16,397 nucleotides of DNA from an uncultured Verrucomicrobiota bacterium (GTDB lineage: Bacteria > Verrucomicrobiota > Verrucomicrobiia > Palsa-1439): positions 1-16,397 of the forward strand of contig CAZEQV010000042.1 in NCBI GenBank assembly GCA_964514435.1, given 5' to 3'. Both the position numbers and the translations under genes were made by a program. The first letter of the stretch is position 1, and each line of letters starts with the position of its first letter. The notes beneath the pieces are model-generated. The model was not told the origin of the DNA. It was given only the letters and a program-made list of their open reading frames with translations, and ran no database searches. Of the stretch, positions 9,433-16,397 are shown one piece after another.

Positions 9433-10376
9433 CAGGCTTTGGTCTCGACGTTGCGGAACAGGAGCATGCCCAAACTCAGCACCCCAAGCAAATAGAACAT
9501 AGCATAGCCCGTGACTTGCCGGACATACGCCCATGGCACGGTCCCCTCGCCCGCGAGCGCGTCCGCCGTCCAAAAATGCTGCCAGTTCGGCAGGAGATTA
9601 TAGAAGAACGCGGCGAGGATGTTCGTTGGCGCATGTCGTCCGAGGAGGTAATCGGTGATCAATCCGGCCAGAAAGACGACGGTGCAAATAGCCAGGGTGG
9701 GCACGAGGTCAAGCCGGCTTGTCAGCGCCAAGGCGATTCCCGCCAACACGATGGTCGCCAGCGAAACGAGCGCCGATGAAGGCAGGACACGCCAAGAAAA
9801 ACCTTCGCGACCGGTGGCCAGCCACAACATTATGAAAATTAGGGGAATGAGCAGAACGAGCGCGGTGGAGACGAAATGCCAACGCGTGAGAATATTCAGT
9901 GCCGCCGCGACACCCAACGCAACGGCAATCGCCGTGATTGTTCCACCGGCGACCATCCAATCCACCTGATAGGCCTCGTGGCTGGCTTGGGAACTGAGCA
10001 ACGTCCCAAGTGCGATGACCGCGTCGAAGAGACTGAGCACCAAGACCACGCCGGCAAACTTGGCGAGAAAATACAGTTCACGACTGATGGGCTTCACCAA
10101 GACCACCGCCAAAGTGCCTCTTTGGATTTCCTTCCCCAGGGCGAAGCTGGCCGTGTAACCAGCCAGCACCAGACCGGCGACGAAATGCAACGCCAGCGCG
10201 CTGTCTTGGACGACCTGTTGGGCCTGCCCCATGGTGTGCATCAACAAGGCCGGCATCAGGGCTATGAACACCAAGCAGCTCACTGTCAACAGCAGCAGAA
10301 ATGGTTGCCGGACCGCTTCAAACAGAGTTAACGTCGCAACCGCTGCGAATCGCTTGAGAGAGTGGTGAAAGCTCAA
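9432..10376 (-). CDS. ABC-2 family transporter permease (paralog of the 1-1131 product)
   Basis: MSFHHSLKRFAAVATLTLFEAVRQPFLLLLTVSCLVFIAL...KEIQRGTLAVVLVKPISRELYFLAKFAG, with about 6 TM segments. The start codon at 10376 is TTG (no ATG nearby), so the exact start is uncertain. It is the first gene of the minus-strand operon. Confidence 0.65.
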   Translation of the reverse strand: MSFHHSLKRFAAVATLTLFEAVRQPFLLLLTVSCLVFIALMPALLMHTMGQAQQVVQDSALALHFVAGLVLAGYTASFALGKEIQRGTLAVVLVKPISRELYFLAKFAGVVLVLSLFDAVIALGTLLSSQASHEAYQVDWMVAGGTITAIAVALGVAAALNILTRWHFVSTALVLLIPLIFIMLWLATGREGFSWRVLPSSALVSLATIVLAGIALALTSRLDLVPTLAICTVVFLAGLITDYLLGRHAPTNILAAFFYNLLPNWQHFWTADALAGEGTVPWAYVRQVTGYAMFYLLGVLSLGMLLFRNVETKA

Positions 10377-10692
10377 ATGTTCTTAACACATATGACACGA
10401 CCCCATGTTAGGCAAGTGGATACCCCGACCGGTTGCGACTGTAATGTCTGCGCCAATGAACAACGATTGAACGGAATGGCATGAACTCAACTTCATTCTT
10501 GAAAAACAACTTCAAGTGTAGCGGCTGGAGAGTGTCACTCTTGAAACGTTTTGAGCCGGCATGAGTGTGTGTCGCCATTACGGAACTCTAATGTCGTAAT
10601 TCAGGAGTATCCCTGCGGGAATCGTTCCATAATAATAAAACCCAATCACGGCTGTTGGTCATCCTGACCAGCGTCGATAGTTTCAAGCGTAC
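10377..10692. promoter_or_regulatory. Divergent intergenic promoter/operator region between the minus-strand operon and the plus-strand membrane-protein gene
   Basis: This is the only substantial non-coding stretch and is visibly AT-richer (cataataataaaaccc). It contains the inverted repeat CTTGAAaaacaacTTCAAG (10498-10516), a second tcttgaaa copy 42 bp later with the palindrome aaacgttt (10538-10552), and a small ccctgcggg hairpin near 10610. Confidence 0.4.
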
Positions 10693-12705
10693 ATGGATCA
10701 AGCGACAAATCAAATACTGTCGGCTCGGCGCGTGGCGGCGGCGGTGACGGTGGCCTTGCTCGGAAGCGCCATTGTCTGGGTGGCGGTGCCCTATAATAAT
10801 TTCTGGCTCAAGAATACCTACTTGTCCGACACGTTTCTTCCAGAGATTGCCATCGCGTTTCTATTGCTGCTGGTGTTGGTGGTGAATCCGTTGTTGCATG
10901 TGCTCCGGCCGGCTTGGGTGCTGCAACGGCGGCAGGTGGCGTTGATTGCGAGCCTGATGTTGTTTGCGGCGGTGCTGCCCAGTAACGGCTTGATGCGGAT
11001 GTTTCCCCGATTCGTTGCGCAATCGAATCAGGGCATGAATCAGAATCCGACGACGGCGCGCATCGCCGCGGAGGCTGGGTTCCGGCAGGCCTTGTTCCCC
11101 GATCCGTTGCCGGCGCGCGGGGCGGATGGGAGCGTGCAGACGCATGAGACGCCGGTCTCGGACCAGTTTCTGGATGAATTGGCCGAAGGCGCGACGATTC
11201 CGTGGTCGGCGTGGATCTGGCCCATGACGGCGTGGGGGCTGTTGATCGTCGCGCTGTGGACGATGATGATTGGGCTGGGGGGTATGGTGTATCCGCAGTG
11301 GCGGGACCGGGAACGGTTGCCGTTTCCGCTGTTGAACGTCTATCACGCGCTCATCGGCGATCCCGACAACCAGTCAAAAGGTTTGTTGCCGTCGGTATTC
11401 CGAAGCCGGGGCTTTTGGATTGCGGCCATCGTGGTGTTCATCATCCACGCCACGCGCGGGTTGAGCGCGTTCACCGGGGCGTTCCCCGAATTTCCTTTGT
11501 CGTGGAACCTGGAGGCATATTTCACGGACAGCATTTTTCGGCACACCACCATTGCGCTGAAGCGGCAATCCATCTTTTTCGCGCTGATCGGCGTGGCGTA
11601 TTTCATTCCGAACCGGTATGCGATTTCAGTGTGGGGGTGGGTGGTGGGGTATGCGTTGTATGTGATGGCGGGCCGGGCGTTCGTGCCGGCGTTCAATGAG
11701 GGCCAGGCGGCCGACCAGTCGTTTGGCGCGTTGCTGGCGATTGCGGCGTGGGTGTTGTGGTTGGGGCGGACGCATTGGGCGCAGGTCGGCCGCGCGATGC
11801 TCGGCCGGGCCGGTGAGGGAGCGGAAAGCCGCCGGGATGGGCTGGCGGGGTGGATGTTTGCTGGCGGGTGTGCCGGGATCGTTTGTTGGTTGTATTGGGC
11901 GGGGTGTTCGTTGTGGTGGAGTCTGCTGGCCATGTTCGGCTGCGCGGTGGTGACGTTGTTGATGGCGCGCATCATCGCGGAGACGGGGATACCGGTGTTG
12001 TGGGTCGGTCAGATGAGCGTGGGCCAACTGACCGCGCTGTTTCCGCTCTCGTGGCAATCGCCCGTGATTCTCTATTTCACGGGGGTATTTCACGTTTTGT
12101 TGACGCGGGCGTCGGCGATGAGCGCGGCGGTGATCACCACGCTCTCGTTGGGGATGGATCGAAAGGCGTCCGCCGCGAATCATTCCCGGCTGCTCTTGGC
12201 CGGGTTGGTGGTGTTGGTGCTGGGGTTCGTGGTGTGCGGCGCGGTGCATCTGAACATGGGCTACTACAGCGCGGACATCACGACGGAGGCCAAAACGGAC
12301 GCGAGCCGGCTCAACGATTGGGTGCGGGCGGATCGGGCGACCTTCGATTTCTTCACGATCAAGCGATGGCATCAAGGAGTTGGGGCGACGATTGCCGGCG
12401 GGTTGTTGTGGGTGTGTTCGCGTTTTCCATCCTGGCCGATACATCCGGTGGGGATTATTTTTTGCCAGCTCAGCATCGGCAATCTCATCTGGTTCAGCAT
12501 TTTTGCGGGTTGGCTGCTGAAGACGGCCATTACCGGGCTGTTTGGGGGCGGGGCGTACCGGAAAGCGCGGCCGGTTTTCTTGGGATTGATCTTTGGTGAA
12601 TTGTTGGCGGTCATCGTCTGGACGTTGGTGCCGGTGATCATTATTTGGGTGACCGGCGCGGACCCGGCCACGGTGCCGCGCTATATGTTGATGCAATATC
12701 CGTAA
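10693..12705 (+). CDS. Large polytopic integral membrane protein of unknown function (670 aa, more than 12 predicted TM helices)
   Basis: ATG at 10693 and TAA at 12703-12705. Hydrophobic helices run throughout (VALLGSAIVWVAV, IAIAFLLLLVLVV, WGLLIVALWTMMIGLGG, FWIAAIVVFIIHA, AISVWGWVVGYALYVMAG and others). No recognisable catalytic motifs. Trp/Gly-rich. Confidence 0.7.
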   Translation: MDQATNQILSARRVAAAVTVALLGSAIVWVAVPYNNFWLKNTYLSDTFLPEIAIAFLLLLVLVVNPLLHVLRPAWVLQRRQVALIASLMLFAAVLPSNGLMRMFPRFVAQSNQGMNQNPTTARIAAEAGFRQALFPDPLPARGADGSVQTHETPVSDQFLDELAEGATIPWSAWIWPMTAWGLLIVALWTMMIGLGGMVYPQWRDRERLPFPLLNVYHALIGDPDNQSKGLLPSVFRSRGFWIAAIVVFIIHATRGLSAFTGAFPEFPLSWNLEAYFTDSIFRHTTIALKRQSIFFALIGVAYFIPNRYAISVWGWVVGYALYVMAGRAFVPAFNEGQAADQSFGALLAIAAWVLWLGRTHWAQVGRAMLGRAGEGAESRRDGLAGWMFAGGCAGIVCWLYWAGCSLWWSLLAMFGCAVVTLLMARIIAETGIPVLWVGQMSVGQLTALFPLSWQSPVILYFTGVFHVLLTRASAMSAAVITTLSLGMDRKASAANHSRLLLAGLVVLVLGFVVCGAVHLNMGYYSADITTEAKTDASRLNDWVRADRATFDFFTIKRWHQGVGATIAGGLLWVCSRFPSWPIHPVGIIFCQLSIGNLIWFSIFAGWLLKTAITGLFGGGAYRKARPVFLGLIFGELLAVIVWTLVPVIIIWVTGADPATVPRYMLMQYP

Positions 12706-12737
12706 TGCGGAATGCGGAAATCGGAATGCGGAATCAC
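12704..12737. repeat. Solo AATGCGG heptamer tandem array at a gene junction
   Basis: aatgcggaatgcggaaatcggaatgcggaatcac lies immediately after the TAA of the upstream gene. It supplies both candidate ATGs (12705, 12726) of the downstream gene. It is the same unit type as the arrays flanking four-helix gene B, but has no inverted partner and no enclosed gene. Confidence 0.7.
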
Positions 12738-15700
12738 AATACGACAACCTGGGGAAAGGCGCGGGGCGGCGAGCTTCGACCGCATTCTGCTTTTCGCATT
12801 GCGCCTTTGGCGGTCTGGCTGGTTTTGTGGTGCGGTGTTGCGGCGGCGTCCGATGACGATTTTGCGGCGCGCGTGCGGGCGGACACGGAATGGTTGAGCG
12901 GCTACGAGACACGTCAAGTGGGGACCCCAGCGCACCGGCGCGTGCAGGATGATTTGTTGGCCAAGCTTCGGGCGATCCCGGGCGCGCGGGTCTGGACGGA
13001 TGAGTTTCCGGTCGTCGTGCCGGTCCACACGGAGACGTATCTGGAGGTGGCCGGGCGGCGGGAAACGATCTATCCGCTGTGGCCGGATGTGGCGCGGTTG
13101 AATACGACGCCCCCGGACGGGATTAGCGGGAAGTTGATTTATGTGGGGGATGGGGACTACGGGCGATTGCCGGCGCGGAGTCTGCGGGGCAACATCGCCG
13201 TGATGGAGATGTCGGCCTGCGCGGATTACCCGCGAGTGTTCGACTTTGGCGCGTCGGCGGTGATTTTTCTGGAATCAGCGAAGGTCGGCGAGGTGATCAC
13301 CTCGCAACAATCGCTGTACAAGCCCCGGTACTATGTAAAGGCCGGGGCGTTGGCGGACGCGTTGCGCGCCGGCCCGGTTTCGGCCGGCAAGATTGTGTGT
13401 CGGGGCCGGTGGGAGACGGTCATGGCGCGCAACATCTATGCGGCCGTGAACGCGTCCGGTGCGAAAGGCGAGGCGCCGTACGCGGTCGTCGCGCCGTATG
13501 ATTCAATGAGCCGGGTGGTGGGGGTGGCACCGGGCGCTGACAGCGCGTTGGACTGCGCGATTGTGTTGAATCTGTTGCGGGACGTGGCCGGTCAGGCGCC
13601 GCGGCCGTTGCTGTTCGGGTTTGTGGACGCCTACCATATTAATCAACTGGGGATACGGCGGATGTCGGCGATGTTGACGAGCACGCCGAAGTGCCAAACC
13701 CGCGAGGCCTACCGGAAGATCGAACAGAAGGAACTCGACGCCTACCGGGAAGCGGCGAAGGAACTGGCGAAGTTTGACACCGTCGAGGCGGGACTGGCCG
13801 GGTTGAATAACCGGTACGCGGCGCCGCAGTTGCGCCGCTTGTTCAAGGACGCGGTGGGCACGGATTTGCTCCGGCTGCGCGAGCTTCAGGGAGAATTGCG
13901 CCTGGCGTCGCTGCGGATTGAGACGGAGAACTCACCGGCGATGCGGGTGCAGATGCTGGGGGCGTTGGAGAACAGCGCCGCCTGGCTGCTGGCGCATGTG
14001 GCGGGCGAGTTGACGACCGAGCAGCGCGCGGAGTTGGTGGCGGCCCGGCAGTTTGTGGCCGGACAAGATGTGGCGTCCGAGCCTTGGCAGGAGCTGGCCG
14101 GGGCGCGGGAACGGGCGAAGGGTTTGTTGGCGATTTGCACGGGCCCGTTGCGGGCGCGGAATCGGGTGTTGGAGGCGGTGTTGACGGGTGACCGGGAGGT
14201 ACCGGCGGAGTTTCTGCCGGTGGCGCGGACGATCTGGCAGGATGTGGCCGAGCGGGTGCGGGAACAGGTGCGGGAACAGGAGCAGCGGGCCGCGTTTTTC
14301 GAGCCGTTGGACCGCTTGCGGCGTGAAGTCGCGGAGCATTTTCAATTGCACACCGATGGCGTGGACCGGGCCGTGTGCAAGTTTGTCGTGGGCGTTGACC
14401 TGTCCGACTGCGGCGTGTTGGTGGGGCCGGGCATGCTGTGCGGTTACAACCGCATCGAACCGACGGACAAAGACTTGATGCGCGTGTTGAAGCGGGTGGT
14501 GAAACGCGGAGAAATCTGGCCGGCCCATTCGCCGGAGCGCAAGGTGGTCAATCTCGGCGCGATCGAAGGCCGGGTGGGTGGCAGCGGCGACATCGGGCAG
14601 CGGGCGTTGATCACGTCGGCGGCGCGGAGCTTCTTGTTGCCGGGCGTGACGTGGGTGACCGACGACGCGTTGCGCCAGCGGATGGATTCGCCGATGGACC
14701 GGTTTGACCAAGTGGATTGGAGCCGGATTGATCCGCAGTTGCCGGCCACGCGGCGTTTTCTGGATTGGTTGTTCACGTCCAAGGAGTTTGTGCCGGTCGC
14801 GAAGTCCGCGGAGGAAACCGCGGCGGCGTGGCGGCACGGGATGGGGCGCGTGGTCAATGTGTCGGCCGGCGAGACGGTGCCGCGCGTGCCGCAGCGCGGG
14901 TTCTTGGTGACGTTGATTGCCTATGGAGCGAACCGCGATGGCATTCGGCGGCAGGAGTTCGCGTGGACGGGGTACGACGGATCGTTTCGGATTCCGCTGA
15001 TGTGCGGCGAGATCAACGCCAACGTGCTAAACGGCAAAAACTTCAACATGGAGGCATTCAAACTCGATGAGTCGGGCGCGATTGTCGAGTCGTTGACCAA
15101 GACCGAGTCGCTCGTGGCGACGCGGTTGGCGACGACGTTCAGCGTCAGCACCAAGCCCGGCGAGCAACTGCCGCGCGCGGTGACGTTTGAATGCGCGGAG
15201 TTGAACGGGCCGGCATTCTTCGACGCGCGGTTCATGGAGCCGCTGACGCAGGCGATGTTGCTGGACGCGGGGCGCGGCGGGCCGCCGAAGAAGTCGTTGT
15301 TCAAAATGGACAGCACCGGCCAGATGTGGGGGCTGGTTCCGCCGGGAATGCGCTGGCAACTGGTGGTGCGCGCCGGCGCGGCGGGCGTGCGCATGGCGTT
15401 GCTCAACGCGGTGCCGGACGGCCGGCAGCGGGGACTGGATCTGCGTTCCACGTTCCAGCGCGGTTTCGAGGTGGAGGAACGGTTGCCGTCCCTCCCGGCG
15501 CACCTGGCGGCGCAAGACATCTATGTGTTGAACGATTGGCGGCTGACGGATTTCCGCGCGGCCGGGATTCGCAGCGAGAAGATTGACCAGATTCGCGCCG
15601 GCACGAAGAGGGAGTTGGAACTGGCCGCGGCGGCGCAGGCGGCGGATGACGCGGCCCGGTTGCAGCGCGCGGCGAACCGGGCGTTGGCCAGCGAGATCCG

Positions 15701-16397
15701 GGCGTACCGGGCGGTGTCGGATACCGGGCAGGACATCGCGCGCGGGGCGATTTTTCTGATGTTGATGCTCGTGCCGTTCAGCGTGGCGATGGAACGGTTG
15801 CTGTTTGCGTTCGCGCGGATCGGTTCGCAAATCGGGGGCGCGATCGGGATTTTTGCCGGGATGACGGTGTTGTTGTGGAGTTTTCATCCGTCGTTTCGGA
15901 TCAGCGCGCAGCCGTTGGTGATCGTCATGGCGTTCACGATTTTGGCGATGAGCGTGGCGGTGATCAGCATGGTGTTGTCGCGGTTCCGCGGGTCGGTCCG
16001 GGAGTTTCAGAGCGCGCTGGCCGAAGGCGCCGGGGCGAAGATGGGCCGGGGCGGGTTGCTCGGTAGCGCGGTGTTCCTGGGCATCGCCAACATGCGCAAA
16101 CGCCGGGTGCGGACGGCGTTGACCAGCGCCACGATCGTGTTGGTGACGTTTGCGCTGCTGTGTTTTTCCTCGGCGAGCAGTTATGTGGACAAGAAGGAGT
16201 TTCGACTGGAGAACGTGACCGCCGAGCGCGCGTCGGTGTTGGTGCGGCGGCCGTCGTTTGGGCCGATTACGTGGCCGGCAGCGGCGGGGATTGGCAATTT
16301 GTTGGGGGCGTCCGATGTGGTGGTGGGCGTCCGAGCGTGGTTCGTGCCCGGGCTGGGCGACACGGAGCAGACCATGAAGGCCGGAAACATGGAGATC
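12705..16397 (+). CDS. Giant secreted/membrane protein, 3'-truncated (more than 1230 aa). It has a signal peptide, a PA domain, a degenerate M28-peptidase-like domain split by a long helical insert, and MacB/FtsX-type permease TM modules.
   Basis: The frame is open from ATG 12705 (1-nt overlap with the upstream TAA) to the window end, verified by manual translation. The signal peptide reads RIAPLAVWLVLWCGVAAAS|DDDF. The PA-like segment is GKLIYVGDGDYGRLPARSLRGNIAVMEMSACADYPRVFDFGASAVIFLES. The M28-like motifs have catalytic residues replaced (VVAPYDSMSRVVGVAPGADSALDCAIVLNLL, FGFVDAYHINQLG, VNLGAIEG). A C-terminal membrane bundle is present (IFLMLMLVPFSVAMERLLFAFARIGSQIGGAIGIFAGMTVLLW). A second MacB-like TM1 reads GIANMRKRRVRTALTSATIVLVTFALL. 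Confidence 0.75.
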   Translation, partial: MRNAEIGMRNHNTTTWGKARGGELRPHSAFRIAPLAVWLVLWCGVAAASDDDFAARVRADTEWLSGYETRQVGTPAHRRVQDDLLAKLRAIPGARVWTDEFPVVVPVHTETYLEVAGRRETIYPLWPDVARLNTTPPDGISGKLIYVGDGDYGRLPARSLRGNIAVMEMSACADYPRVFDFGASAVIFLESAKVGEVITSQQSLYKPRYYVKAGALADALRAGPVSAGKIVCRGRWETVMARNIYAAVNASGAKGEAPYAVVAPYDSMSRVVGVAPGADSALDCAIVLNLLRDVAGQAPRPLLFGFVDAYHINQLGIRRMSAMLTSTPKCQTREAYRKIEQKELDAYREAAKELAKFDTVEAGLAGLNNRYAAPQLRRLFKDAVGTDLLRLRELQGELRLASLRIETENSPAMRVQMLGALENSAAWLLAHVAGELTTEQRAELVAARQFVAGQDVASEPWQELAGARERAKGLLAICTGPLRARNRVLEAVLTGDREVPAEFLPVARTIWQDVAERVREQVREQEQRAAFFEPLDRLRREVAEHFQLHTDGVDRAVCKFVVGVDLSDCGVLVGPGMLCGYNRIEPTDKDLMRVLKRVVKRGEIWPAHSPERKVVNLGAIEGRVGGSGDIGQRALITSAARSFLLPGVTWVTDDALRQRMDSPMDRFDQVDWSRIDPQLPATRRFLDWLFTSKEFVPVAKSAEETAAAWRHGMGRVVNVSAGETVPRVPQRGFLVTLIAYGANRDGIRRQEFAWTGYDGSFRIPLMCGEINANVLNGKNFNMEAFKLDESGAIVESLTKTESLVATRLATTFSVSTKPGEQLPRAVTFECAELNGPAFFDARFMEPLTQAMLLDAGRGGPPKKSLFKMDSTGQMWGLVPPGMRWQLVVRAGAAGVRMALLNAVPDGRQRGLDLRSTFQRGFEVEERLPSLPAHLAAQDIYVLNDWRLTDFRAAGIRSEKIDQIRAGTKRELELAAAAQAADDAARLQRAANRALASEIRAYRAVSDTGQDIARGAIFLMLMLVPFSVAMERLLFAFARIGSQIGGAIGIFAGMTVLLWSFHPSFRISAQPLVIVMAFTILAMSVAVISMVLSRFRGSVREFQSALAEGAGAKMGRGGLLGSAVFLGIANMRKRRVRTALTSATIVLVTFALLCFSSASSYVDKKEFRLENVTAERASVLVRRPSFGPITWPAAAGIGNLLGASDVVVGVRAWFVPGLGDTEQTMKAGNMEI

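Noticed and set aside
10471-10490. tggcatgaactcaactt as a sigma-54 (-24/-12) promoter
   Set aside because: The GG element is present but the -12 GC element is absent at the correct spacing. The match is too weak to call.
11626-12912. 428-aa minus-strand ORF antisense to the 670-aa membrane protein
   Set aside because: Its translation is extremely Arg/His/Pro/Gln-rich (PPQHRTTKPARPPKAQ...). The plus-strand frame gives a coherent polytopic membrane protein.
13932-15887. 301-aa and 286-aa minus-strand ORFs inside the giant plus-strand gene
   Set aside because: These are Arg/Pro/His-rich antisense artifacts. The plus-strand frame stays open for 1231 codons with recognisable domains.

Overview
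This is a GC-rich (roughly 65%) bacterial chromosomal segment. One long minus-strand operon (about 10376 down to 1) dominates it, and its genes are joined by overlapping stop/start codons (TGATG, TAATG, ATGA). Read in transcript order it encodes an ABC-2 permease paralog, a polytopic-membrane/SPFH fusion protein, an HflC-like SPFH protein, an HflK-like SPFH protein, a CPC-motif P1B heavy-metal ATPase, an antitoxin, a ParE/RelE toxin, an ABC ATP-binding protein, and a second ABC-2 permease that runs off the window edge. Two small 'four helix bundle protein' genes (Avd / 23S-rRNA-intervening-sequence protein family) sit at gene junctions inside this operon. Each is bracketed by inverted arrays of ATG-containing heptamer repeats: GGATGGA-type around the first, AATGACG-type around the second. 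A third, solo AATGCGG array lies at the junction of the two plus-strand genes. The plus strand (10693 to the end) encodes a 670-aa polytopic membrane protein of unknown function, translationally coupled to a protein longer than 1230 aa. That protein has a signal peptide, a PA domain, a degenerate (probably inactive) M28-peptidase-like domain, a long helical insert and MacB/FtsX-type permease modules. A roughly 315-bp AT-richer divergent promoter region (10377-10692) separates the two transcription units. Nearly all other ORFs in the six-frame track are Arg/Pro/His-rich antisense artifacts of the high GC content. In the ORF track the leading 'M' can be a non-ATG start; 10376 and 2231 are TTG.
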